A stretch of DNA of 35,928 nt from positions 1-35,928 of the forward strand of contig JAHRHZ010000027.1 in assembly GCA_024137785.1 (NCBI GenBank), given 5' to 3'. This DNA is from Ginglymostoma cirratum. Its lineage: Eukaryota. The notes below the pieces were generated by a model that saw only the letters and a list, made by a program, of their open reading frames with translations, made no database searches and was not told the DNA's origin. Shown here in pieces: positions 25,001-33,542 of this stretch; within the stretch, counting starts at the first letter, position 1; each line of letters begins with the position of its first letter. The position numbers and the translations under genes were made by a program.

Positions 25001-27859
25001 AGAACATGAGACATTTGGTTGTGACAAAAATCGAAGTTGAGGAGCAGAGACAGCTTCTGTGGGAAAGAAACAATTGTTGAGAAATCGACTGCCACCGAAA
25101 AATCAAATACTCTCCAACACTTTGTTATCTTGTTTCTTGGATAAAGCATTGATCAGACATATCAGCAGAAATAAAAATTGAAATAATATCAGTGAGACAT
25201 ATGTACCTTCTGAGATGTGCAGCTTTACATTAAACATTGGGTCAGTGGCAATGCCAGGTTTGTCAATCCCACAGCTGTACCATCCTGCATCTCCCCATTG
25301 AAGATTCTTCATTGTAACAAGAATTATTCCTTGTGTTTTGTTATCAGTGATGGATATTCTCCCATTTGGCCAGTTTGTTGTTGCTATAACATGACACTGA
25401 TGAGTCCATCCGCGACACCAATATTTAATGTGTGACTGGTACCACCCTGCTTCGTAGTGGCAATGTATTGTGATTGCTCTTCCCAAAATTCCCGTAACGT
25501 ATTTCTCTGCCCATAAAGCACCTGAAACTGAGGAGAAAATATTTCAGAGATTTGGAAATTTCTAAAGAAGTGCTTAACATGGATGGATACATTGTAATCA
25601 TTGACATTCTATCTAGTTTGATTGAAAGAGTCGGACCCAATGGGTCAAGTTTTGGGGCAGCCTTGAAATTGGGCTTGTGCTAAACAATGTCGGCTCTAAG
25701 TCCACTGTGTGTGGCACCATCGAAGTGTAACTCCTGAAGAGCAGTCTGAATGACAGGCCTGGATTGGAGTCGGCTGGGGATTAGTGTGAAGGAGGCTACA
25801 GGTGCTGAAGGGTTCTTATTCTGACCGGAGAGGGAGAGTTTCAATCGGGGAGGAGAGGGGAGTATGTCGACTCATGGTGTGCTGAGGGGCTGAATTTCCA
25901 GGTCTTGAGGGGAAGATGCAACAGGTGACACAGGAAGATTATGAGAGGCCGCAAGGAGTTAAAGGAGAGATTTGAAGTTCAGCAAGGGATGGTTCACAAA
26001 TGTGAAGCTCAATCACAGATGGCACAGTGGCTCAGTGGTTTGCACTGATGCCTCACAGTGCCAGGGACCCTGTTCCTTTTCCAATCTCGAGCAACCGTGT
26101 GTGAAGTTTGCACGTTCTCCTTGTGTCTGCGTGGGTTACCATTGGATGCTCCTGTGTCCGCCCACAGTCGAAAGATGTGCAAGTTCAGTGGATTGGCCAT
26201 GCTAATTTGCCCATAATGTTTTGGGATGAGTAGGTTATGTTCATTAGTCACGGGAAATACAGGGCTACTGGGATGGGGTAGGGGAATGGGTCTGGGGGGC
26301 GTGGGGATGCTGCTCAGAGGGTTGTTGTTGAGCTGTTGGGCCGAATGGCAAGTTTCCACACTGTGGGGATTCTATGATCTATGGTCAATATGCAGAAGCT
26401 TAGGACAGTAAAGGCAGGATTAATTGTAATCACACATTGCTCTCAGTGTAAGGATAGTAAAATAACAGAAGGAATTTACTGATTTTTCTGGAGAGACACT
26501 TCATGAGAAAATGTTTAAATTGCAGCCATATTGTGTCCTGGTGTGGAAGAGGGGCAGCCTGTTGATGATTGGGTAAACTTTACCTCAAAAGATATGATTG
26601 TGTGGGAAACAATTCTCAACCGAAACGAAAGAAAGGATTTTAAAATAAAATGAAGTGGTTGAGAGGAAAGGAGAAAGGGAGAAACTGCATGAACAATTAA
26701 AGCTGATGGAAGTCACGAATGAGAGTTCTTATTGAAAAAGGAAGTCTTGAAGAGGATTGCTGAACACACAGAGGCACACTTCGGTTTTCTGTCTGTAAAG
26801 TATTCTGCATGAAATTGGTGAGCTTGAGCCTCAATCTGTTGCAGAAAGATTTCCTGTAACATTTCACTGAGCTGCGGCCCTGGGAACTTTAATACTTTGC
26901 GTGTTCATCTCTGCTTCATTATAAACGAAGGGGAAGTGGCAATATTGAACAATAATGTTATTGCAATGTTACAATTACAATTGTGATAATTGATGGACAT
27001 GAAAGAACTTTGTTCAAGTTAAAGACAGAAAGGAAAAAGCCTTCTTATGGGAAGAGAAATATAAACAAACCATCGACTTTTGTGCCAGAGTCTCGCAAAC
27101 AACATTTAATGAACGTTCTATTACAGGAAAAGAAAGGAAAGCAAACCCAAGATGTTTAGATTGACAGCTTACTACCTCACCAGTTTTCAGTGTATATTGA
27201 ACATTTAAAACTTTGGACCAGTTCAACTGATGATGCTGTTTGAATCACTTTAAAAAACATCATGCTGTCCTTTTCTTTATTTTATTCATAATTAATGATG
27301 CAGCTGTAAAGTATTTGGTAACAGTCTTGTGATATTATCATATTTTCAGAAGAAGATATAACATTTCCTGATGCTCTTCATGTATTTTTACATTTTTTCA
27401 TTTGAACCTCAGTCAAAGCACACGGTGCTTCTGTTTTCTGCAGTTTGTTCTTCCTGGAACAGGTCACCAGCGTCAGACCAGTTTGTGTAATTTAAGGGGT
27501 GTCACACTGCGCTGGATAAAGCTGACTTGGAATCTCATTCACGCTTGCTCCCTGCCATGGGCACGTTGGAAGAATTTGCAGGTTGATGATGAACCTGTTT
27601 ATCTTTGTGAGAATGCACATTCCTTTGGAAAGTGTGCTGGAGAATAAATCGAACTCTCAGCATTTATCACAGCAATAAAGATGTTACCTGCTGTGTCAAC
27701 AAGATGTTCCTTTGTGCTTTTACATGTGTCCAAATATGTAAACATCTCTATACTGTATAAACCAGACAGTAGACTTTAATAAACATTAATTATTGGAATA
27801 AACATCTCAGATGGTCACTCACCGGGAATGGAACAAATGAGGGGAATCAAAGTCCACAT
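15940..27859 (-). CDS. Spliced gene model (unit 2): CD300/pIgR-like V + C2 Ig receptor (MDIR-like), 297 aa; exons 27859-27823, 25527-25207, 25056-24733, 18578-18458, 16030-15940
   Basis: Five exons with AG/GT boundaries and compatible phases (1,1,1,2) sum to 37+321+324+121+91=894 nt, an open frame from ATG to TAG: signal peptide, V, C2, S/T-rich stalk, TM, MRKH*. Exon joining is inferred; no transcript evidence is available. Confidence 0.7.
17069..17390 (-). pseudogene. Dead second C2 exon (C2b), unit 2
   Basis: Paralog of C2a; in-frame TGA 17367-17365 and TAA 17361-17359, 2-nt deletion near 17133, TAA 17084-17082, donor mutated to ataagt. Confidence 0.9.
17506..17680 (-). mobile_element. 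HE1-type V-SINE 5' part
   Basis: Reverse complement of the V-domain (catggccaatccacc...gagaatgtgcaaact). Confidence 0.8.
18140..18225 (-). pseudogene. Possible decayed transmembrane exon (TM1) downstream of stalk 1
   Basis: NYMVCDVLCL aligns codon-wise with SYIVWNIMCW/YGVWNVICW of the intact TM exons; after a frameshift LAAMCSGVTF resembles LVICSVSVTV; no usable phase-2 acceptor found. Confidence 0.4.
18458..18578 (-). CDS. Stalk exon 1 (Ser/Thr/Pro-rich, one Cys), intact: GQGYICDIFSPKSLTNTHSPNTNRISSPSQTQTSEDKTSE
   Basis: Acceptor ttccttgtttcaacag, donor AAG|gtcgga (weak), 121 nt, phase 1-2; start homologous to stalk 2 (GSEYICE). Absent from the ORF track. Confidence 0.75.
18757..20745 (-). 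mobile_element. Old CR1 LINE (RT to 3' tail), interrupted by a SINE and by a young CR1; resumes at 23056-23115
   Basis: PGNYRPVSLTSV, AVDVVYMDFS, FNFDKYVVLHFG; tail near 18757. Confidence 0.93.
19143..19489 (+). mobile_element. Full-length tRNA-derived SINE distinct from HE1, nested in CR1
   Basis: A box (tggcctcgtgg), B box (gggttcaaatccc), tail gtgaatgaattataaaaaaa; CR1 sequence resumes on both sides. Confidence 0.82.
20746..23055 (-). mobile_element. Young 5'-truncated CR1 LINE nested in old CR1
   Basis: Long ORF2 pieces (KSPGADWIYP, NYRPVSLTS, QGSVLSP, FTDDT) and 3' (TTCTATG)n tail at 20746-20765. Confidence 0.96.
23354..23538. mobile_element. Fold-back Penelope-like pLTR insertion (153 bp) with 16-bp target site duplication
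   Basis: cagtgatttcccattg at 23354-23369 and 23523-23538; inverted arms 23410-23457 / 23476-23523; empty site at 2423-2438. Confidence 0.85.
23680..23845 (-). mobile_element. SINE fragment, paralog of 2580-2750
   Basis: tttccttccctaaaggacattaatgaacc core. Confidence 0.7.
24733..25056 (-). CDS. C2-type Ig domain exon (C2a), intact, FcR/LITR-like
   Basis: Acceptor tttctttcccacag, donor G|gtgagt, 324 nt, phase 1-1; EAVSAPQL...GDSVTISCESAQGSLPIHYTW...QYYCAASN...SSEIVHVSV...KNCWYTIYIDSI. Confidence 0.9.
25207..25527 (-). CDS. V-type Ig domain exon, CD300/pIgR/TREM-like, intact
   Basis: Acceptor ttttctcctcag, donor G|gtacat, 321 nt, phase 1-1. Translation ...GRAITIHCHY...KYWCRGWTHQC...RISITDN...MKNLQWGDAGWYSCG has the canonical Cys/Trp, DxGxYxC, and the extra C-C' Cys pair typical of CD300/pIgR. 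Confidence 0.92.
26017..26378 (+). mobile_element. HE1-type V-SINE, paralogous insertion to 4983-5325
   Basis: ggcacagtggctcagtggtttgcactgatgcctcacagtgccagggacc head, V-domain, same flanks. Confidence 0.9.
27823..27859 (-). CDS. Leader (signal peptide) exon, unit 2: MWTLIPLICSIP
   Basis: ATG + 12 codons + 1 nt, followed by gtgagt donor (phase 1); continues into VSGALWAE of the V exon; paralogous exon at 6828-6792. Confidence 0.85.
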
Positions 27860-27953
27860 TGTTTTATTCACAAAGATCAGTTCTTGATGTCAGTCACACA
27901 GCTCTTGTTTCTCACATTGAAATAAGTGTGTAATGCAATGTCTACAAGAATGT

Positions 27954-27977
27954 AAATGAGGAAGAGGATAAAGGAAG
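27954..27977. promoter_or_regulatory. Purine-rich ETS/PU.1-like boxes about 100 bp upstream of the unit 2 ATG
   Basis: aaatgaggaag...aaggaag; motif match only. Confidence 0.3.
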
Positions 27978-29220
27978 CCAACTTCTGAAACTACTGTCTG
28001 TCAGATGACGCAATTTAACCTTGAAGGAATTTTTGTCCTGTTAGTTATGCTTAACAGAAGAACTAAACTAATTTTCAATGAATGAATAAAAAATTCTGAA
28101 ATCAATACAGTTCAAGAGCCAGATGCTGAGGATAGCAGTGACTGAAGCTCAGTATTTAGAGTGAATTCTCATGTGAACGACAACTGGGACTCATTCTCCC
28201 ATGTCAGAAATTGCAACAAACAGGTTTTGACGAATACAGATTTCTTCTGTAAAAATTCATCCTGCAGTTAAAAATAGAATTGTTTTGAATATTTTGTGTC
28301 TTTTTGCAGAATGTACCTCCTGTTGTGAGGACTGAATAATTATTGTGTCAGGATCAGAACTCCTGGATGTGCAGGAGAAGGACACTCTCTGCTCCACTTG
28401 TCCAAGACCCAAGTGAACAAGTAATGAGGCTGATTTCAGGCAGAAAAAGGAACTCAACTGACAGAGAGACAATTCTGGGAGAAGTGAACTGTGATTGAGT
28501 AACTGGGAGTGAGCTTCAACTCCAAGGTGAGGGTCCCTCTGTTGAACTGCCTGACATGGGTCTTTGTATTTCCCAGGACATGGTTGATGATGAGTGAGTC
28601 TGGTGAATCATGCTGGGTTTCACCTTTGAGAAGATCAAAGAGACTGATACCCTTCATTAACCCTGCTAACCCCCACCCACAATTCTGAAGGCAGTGCTAC
28701 CACCTTAATGCTTAATATGGAAGTAGAGTCACGGGAGATGTTACCCAGAGACTGAAGCAGTGAGGACCATCGCAATGCTCTGTCTGGGAAATAGAAACAA
28801 TATATTGGGTAAACTCCTTGTAGAACACTTGGAAACATTTGGGGGTTATTACCCCAATGTGGATGAAACCCCACTGCCTTGAGGTCACCAATGTCTGAGT
28901 GTCAGAAATAGAGAGCAGAGACCTCCCAGCCCCTTATGATATGGGCACTGTAGAATCAGTTGGAAAAATATGACAAGATTCAAAAAGCAGATTCCGTGAT
29001 GCAACAGTGAATGCAGCTCTTATGAACAAGGTGAAGAATATCTGATCAAATTGTCAGGGATCCTGTAAAGTGACTTGCTCAGTGTCAAAGCCACATCCTG
29101 TTGGATGGGCACTCAGCAGATTACAAATGACTGTTCTTCTGAGACAAACCATTGCACGACCTGAACTTGTGCAATTTTACATTGTTACAATGTTACATTG
29201 CACAAACAAACAGTAATCAG

Positions 29221-29384
29221 ATGTATCAGAGATAAAAGGTACTGCAGATGCTGGAGAATCCGAGATAACAAGCATGGGGCTGGATGAACACAGCAGGTCA
29301 AGCAGCATCATAGGAGCAGGAAAACTTGACGTTTCGGGCCTAAACCCTTAATCAGAAATGGGGGAGGGGAAGAGGGTTCATGTA
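29221..29384 (-). mobile_element. Penelope-like pLTR fragment flanked by atgta duplication
   Basis: actgcagatgctggagaatccgagataacaag...; absent from the paralogous site near 14470; degenerate hammerhead core 29355-29331. Confidence 0.78.
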
Positions 29385-29389
29385 ATTTA

Positions 29390-29614
29390 TTTAACTTGGT
29401 GGTTACTGTTATCATTTCAGTTTTTTGTTCTTTTCCCATTACATTAATCCAAAATCATTTCATGACAAGATCTCTTTTCTCACACAGAAATGTCCAACGT
29501 GAGATAGAACATGAATATTCAAACAAGGTGCAAATTTCCAGCAAATGACACAGGAGCAGAGAATCCGCACTTTTCCATTTTGGTTGAGCTGAGAGCATCA
29601 GATTCAATGAGGAA
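29390..29614 (-). other. Probable 3'UTR exon, unit 3
   Basis: Same acceptor and sequence as 14714-14480. Confidence 0.4.
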
Positions 29615-29869
29615 CTGGAAAGAAACATCAGAAACACTGAGACAGAGTATGATGCCGTATTTTTCATGTTAGTTTTGATTCGAATTGTGGACATGGCAAT
29701 TAAATGATGAAAACTTGTGATAAACTCCTCCTTCCCCATCGTTTATTGCACATGTTCTGGGAAACTAATACAGATCAATACTGCTTGTACACGTCGAAGA
29801 TCATTTTATCACAGAGAGTTAATGTTTCCCTGTCGTTGTGCTGGTGATCAGGTGACAGAGGAAATAGGT

Positions 29870-30530
29870 GAAGGCATAAGACATTGGAGCAAAACTGCGC
29901 CATTCAGCCCATCATGTCTACTCTGCCATTCAACTGGATCATGGCTGATCTCATAATCCTCAACCCCACTTTCCTACCTTTTCCCATAACTCTTGATTCA
30001 CTGACTGATTAAAAACCTGTCTATCTCAGCCTTGAGTGTAATCAACGGCAGAGCCTCATCAATCCTCTTTGGCAACTAATTCTACAGATTCACAACCATC
30101 TCAGAGATGTGAAAAAAAATTCTCCTCATCTCGAACTGAAATGTATGTATCATCTGCGATGATGCCCTCTGGTCCAAGTCTCACCCACAAGGGGAAACAT
30201 GCGGTCTGCACTTTTCCCATCATGCCTTGCAAGTTTCAGTAAGCTAACCTCTCATTCTTCTCGATTCCAATGGGTACAGGACCAGTCATACTCAAAATCT
30301 TCTCACAAACCTCTTCTCATGTCCATCAATATCTTTATTAGCTCGAAATGTATTGACCTCTGTTTTGACTATATTCAAAGCTGTAGCCTCCAGAGCTCTC
30401 TGGGGCAGAGAATTCCAACAAATCATCACCCTCTTAGCGAAGGAATCCCTTCTCATCTCAGTCTCAAACGGTCCACCCATTCTCCTCAATCTGTGCCTTC
30501 TGCTTCAGAAGCATATCCACACAGGAACAT
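29870..30530 (-). mobile_element. Old CR1-like 3' fragments
   Basis: FAKRVMICWNSLPQRALEA; paralog of 14990-15890. Confidence 0.72.
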
Positions 30531-30589
30531 CTCATTGATGGAGAACTTAGAGCGCTCAGAATTATTCTTGTAAAGGCCATGATAATCAC

Positions 30590-30689
30590 CTAATGTTTTC
30601 TCATATACACTGTGACAGAAACAGAACAAATCACCAGGAGAGTGAAGAGCACCCAGCACATTATATTCCAGACAATGTAACTGGGCAAA
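30590..30689 (-). pseudogene. Transmembrane exon, unit 3: LPSYIVWNIMCWVLFTLLVICSVSVTVYMRKH*
   Basis: Two phase-2 acceptors 9 nt apart (exon start 30689 or 30680), TAG|gtgatt. The exon itself is intact, but the upstream exons visible here carry stops. Confidence 0.75.
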
Positions 30690-31447
30690 CTGGACAAAAT
30701 ACAAAATCATTTGTAGGAAACAAGTTTCCTTCATGTTTCAAACATTTATCCGCTGTTTACACTACAATCTTAGTTTATTGTAGCCAAATAAAGCTGCACA
30801 GCTCAGAGAGTTAAGTGGGGAAACTGAACTACAGTTTAATTCCTGCATGACATGAACAATAGATAAAGGTGAACTGAAACAAGGTTCAGTAGCATGATGT
30901 ATTGCACATCACAACGTTATGCTCAGAACAGCATCATCCCACAGTGCTCCTTGCACTTTCTAACAGGCAAGTCTGAACCAGCTGGAACCAGACAGCCTTT
31001 CACCCTCTCAGTTTGGGAACAACATGTAACTCTGAGGATCTGAGGAAGAGAAGATGACGGAGAATGTTATGTCCCTGTCAGTGATACTGCAGAATGCCCT
31101 GAGTGTTCAAAAACTGCCATTTCTTTGCTTTGAAAACTACAACACCATGAGCAGAGATCAATAATAAGGCATTTAACTTTAATGGTGAAAACTGCACTCG
31201 AATCTGCGAGGTGACAAACAGAAAATTGTTACTTTCTATCATAGATTTCCAATTTTATGAACAGCAACATTGTCAGGAAGGTAACGGGATAGCATCGTAT
31301 AAAATCAGGCACCATCTCCATTCTGATAAATTATAGCCTGAAATTGGAAATTCTTGAAAACTTTTATGCAAAATGACATGTTATCACTTGGAATCAATGC
31401 TGATGGGAATATCGACAATGAAAAGGTTCTACTTTTTACTGACAGAC

Positions 31448-31529
31448 TTGGATCATAAAGATATTTGTGTTATTGTTGGTGCCGATGTTGGCAATGCCGT
31501 TGAAGAGACTTCACAAATATATTCACTTC
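31448..31529 (-). pseudogene. Stalk exon 2, unit 3, with the same in-frame stop (31455-31453)
   Basis: Lies between C2b and the TM exon; identical to the unit 1 copy. Confidence 0.72.
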
Positions 31530-31709
31530 CTATTGAGGGATCAGATAATATTCGGCTTCACCTGAGTCTCACTTACAGAGAACCAAGAGAGAACTCTTCA
31601 CAAATGGGACCTCAGGGTTTTTTGTGAAGAATAGATTTTGTTGAATTCATTTGTTGACAACTCCCGCTTTCTGGAGAGATGTCGTAGTGACATAACTTCA
31701 ACATAATTT

Positions 31710-32110
31710 AAAGATAACATAGTGTGGAGCTGGTGGAACACAGCAGGCCAGGCAGCATCAGAGGAGCAGGAAAGTTGACATACCGGTTGGGACCCTTCTT
31801 CAGAAATGGTGTGGAGGGGAAAGGGAGCTGGGAAATAAATAGAGAGAGGAGAGGTGGGGCTGGTGAAGATAGGTGGGATGGTGATAGTTGAGTGCAGGTA
31901 GAGAGTGGTGGGGATTGGTCAGTGATGTGGGAGGGGCATATAGGTAGGAGGGAAGATGGACAGGTTTCGTCAAGACAAGGAGGTGGGGATGAGAGGGAGG
32001 ATTGGTCATGGGATGTGGCCGGGGCTGGGGAGATTGGTAAAATCCATATTTAGGCCATTGGGCCGGAGGCTTCTGAGGTGGAATATGAGGTGCTGCTCCT
32101 CCAGTTCCAT
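31710..32110 (-). mobile_element. Penelope-like element 3' end (GIY-YIG C-terminus + pLTR)
   Basis: Minus-strand ELEEQHLIFHLRSLRPNGLNMDF (32107-32039) is the typical PLE endonuclease end, followed by a pyrimidine-rich tract and the pLTR. Confidence 0.87.
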
Positions 32111-32283
32111 CTAGCATCTATTTTCAAAAACAAATCAATGCTTTGCTCAAAATTGTTAAAAAATGAAAGTGACATAATGGGATGAGGTGCAGTTAATCAT
32201 GTGATGAAAGAAGCTGAACAAATGAACAGTTTGAATAGCCATGAAATGAATTAATCAACTTCAGTGTCTGTAAAAAAACTTAC

Positions 32284-32607
32284 TGATGCTACTGGTTCAT
32301 ATCATCTCACTACAGCTTCTCTCTGCTCCCCTGGCAAATGACACATGAACAATTTCACTGGATTTTGTTCCCTGAGTACTTGAGGCTGTGCAGTAATATT
32401 GATGATGTTGCTGTGTGATGGATTGACAATGTAGATTCCATTTATTGGTGTCAGAGATCTTTGAATCTTGAGATGGGGCCTTCTCAGACGATGTGTAGTG
32501 AATGGGGAGGGATTCCCGGGCAGATTCACACGACATTGTCACTGAGTCCCCAGAACATGAGATAATTGGTTGTGATTAAAATTAAAATTCAGGAACAGAG
32601 ACATTTT
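32284..32607 (-). pseudogene. Dead C2b exon, unit 3
   Basis: 324 nt; TAA 32584-32582, TAA 32578-32576, TGA 32299-32297; core Trp changed to Ser (HYTS); donor gtaagt intact. Confidence 0.9.
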
Positions 32608-32689
32608 CTTTGCGAAGAAACAATTATTACAAAACTGACTGTAAGTGAAAAATCAAAAACTCGAATACGAAGACCTTCACTGTCACATC

Positions 32690-33542
32690 CAGTGTCACAA
32701 GGTCAGACAGCACAGAAATAGAGCCTTCTGTTTCATATGTTCATGTTAAACAAGTTTCTCAAAAGAAACTAGCCCCACCTGCCAGTGTTTGGCCGTTATC
32801 CCACTAAACATTTCCTAATCATATACGTATCGAAATGTCTTTTAAATGTTGTAACTGTGCCTTCATCTATCATGTTCTCTGGCATTTTATTCCACATATG
32901 AACCACCCAGTGTGTGAAAAAAGTTGCCTCTCAGGTCCCTTTTACATCTTTGTCACCTTACCTTACCTTTAAAATATGCCCTCTCACTGTGAAGTCTCCC
33001 ACACTAGGGTAAAAATACCTTTGCTATTTACCTTATTTATACCCCTCATGATTTTATAAACCTCTGTAAGTTCACCCCACACCCTCCTATGCTCCATTGG
33101 AAAATGTCCCAGCCTTTCCAGCCTATCCTAACAGCTCAAACCCTCCAGTCACGGCAACATCCTGGTAAATCTTTGGTGAACCTTCTCTAATTTTATAATA
33201 ACCTTCCTATAGCAGGGTGGATAGAACTGTTCACAGTAATCCAATAGAGGCCCCACCGACGTCCTGTACCATCTCAACATAACGTTCCAACTCAATGGCC
33301 TGACCAATGTCGGCAAGTGTGTTAAATGCTTTCTCAACCACCCTGTCTCCAGGTGATGCAAATTTCAAATAATTATGAACTTGAGCCTTGAGATCTCTGT
33401 GTTTGATAACACTTCCCAGGGTCCTACCATTAACTGTATAATCACTGCCCTTGTTTGTTTCAGCAAAATCCTATACCTCGTATTTATCAAAATTAAGCTT
33501 CATTTGCCATTCCTCAGTTTGTTGGTATAATTGATCAAGATC
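32690..33542 (-). mobile_element. Old CR1 LINE 3' part
   Basis: LDYCEQFYPPCYRKVIIKLEKVHQRFTRMLP plus 3'UTR. Confidence 0.9.

Noticed and set aside
25207-25527. Rearranging antigen-receptor (IgNAR/Ig/TCR) V segment or true PIGR
   Set aside because: The exon includes its own G strand and splices directly to C2; no RSS heptamer/nonamer seen; a single V plus C2 does not match PIGR, so no gene symbol is assigned.
31800-32117. 105-aa Pro/His-rich ORF
   Set aside because: Low-complexity reading of the Penelope-like 3' region; the real endonuclease remnant is in another frame.
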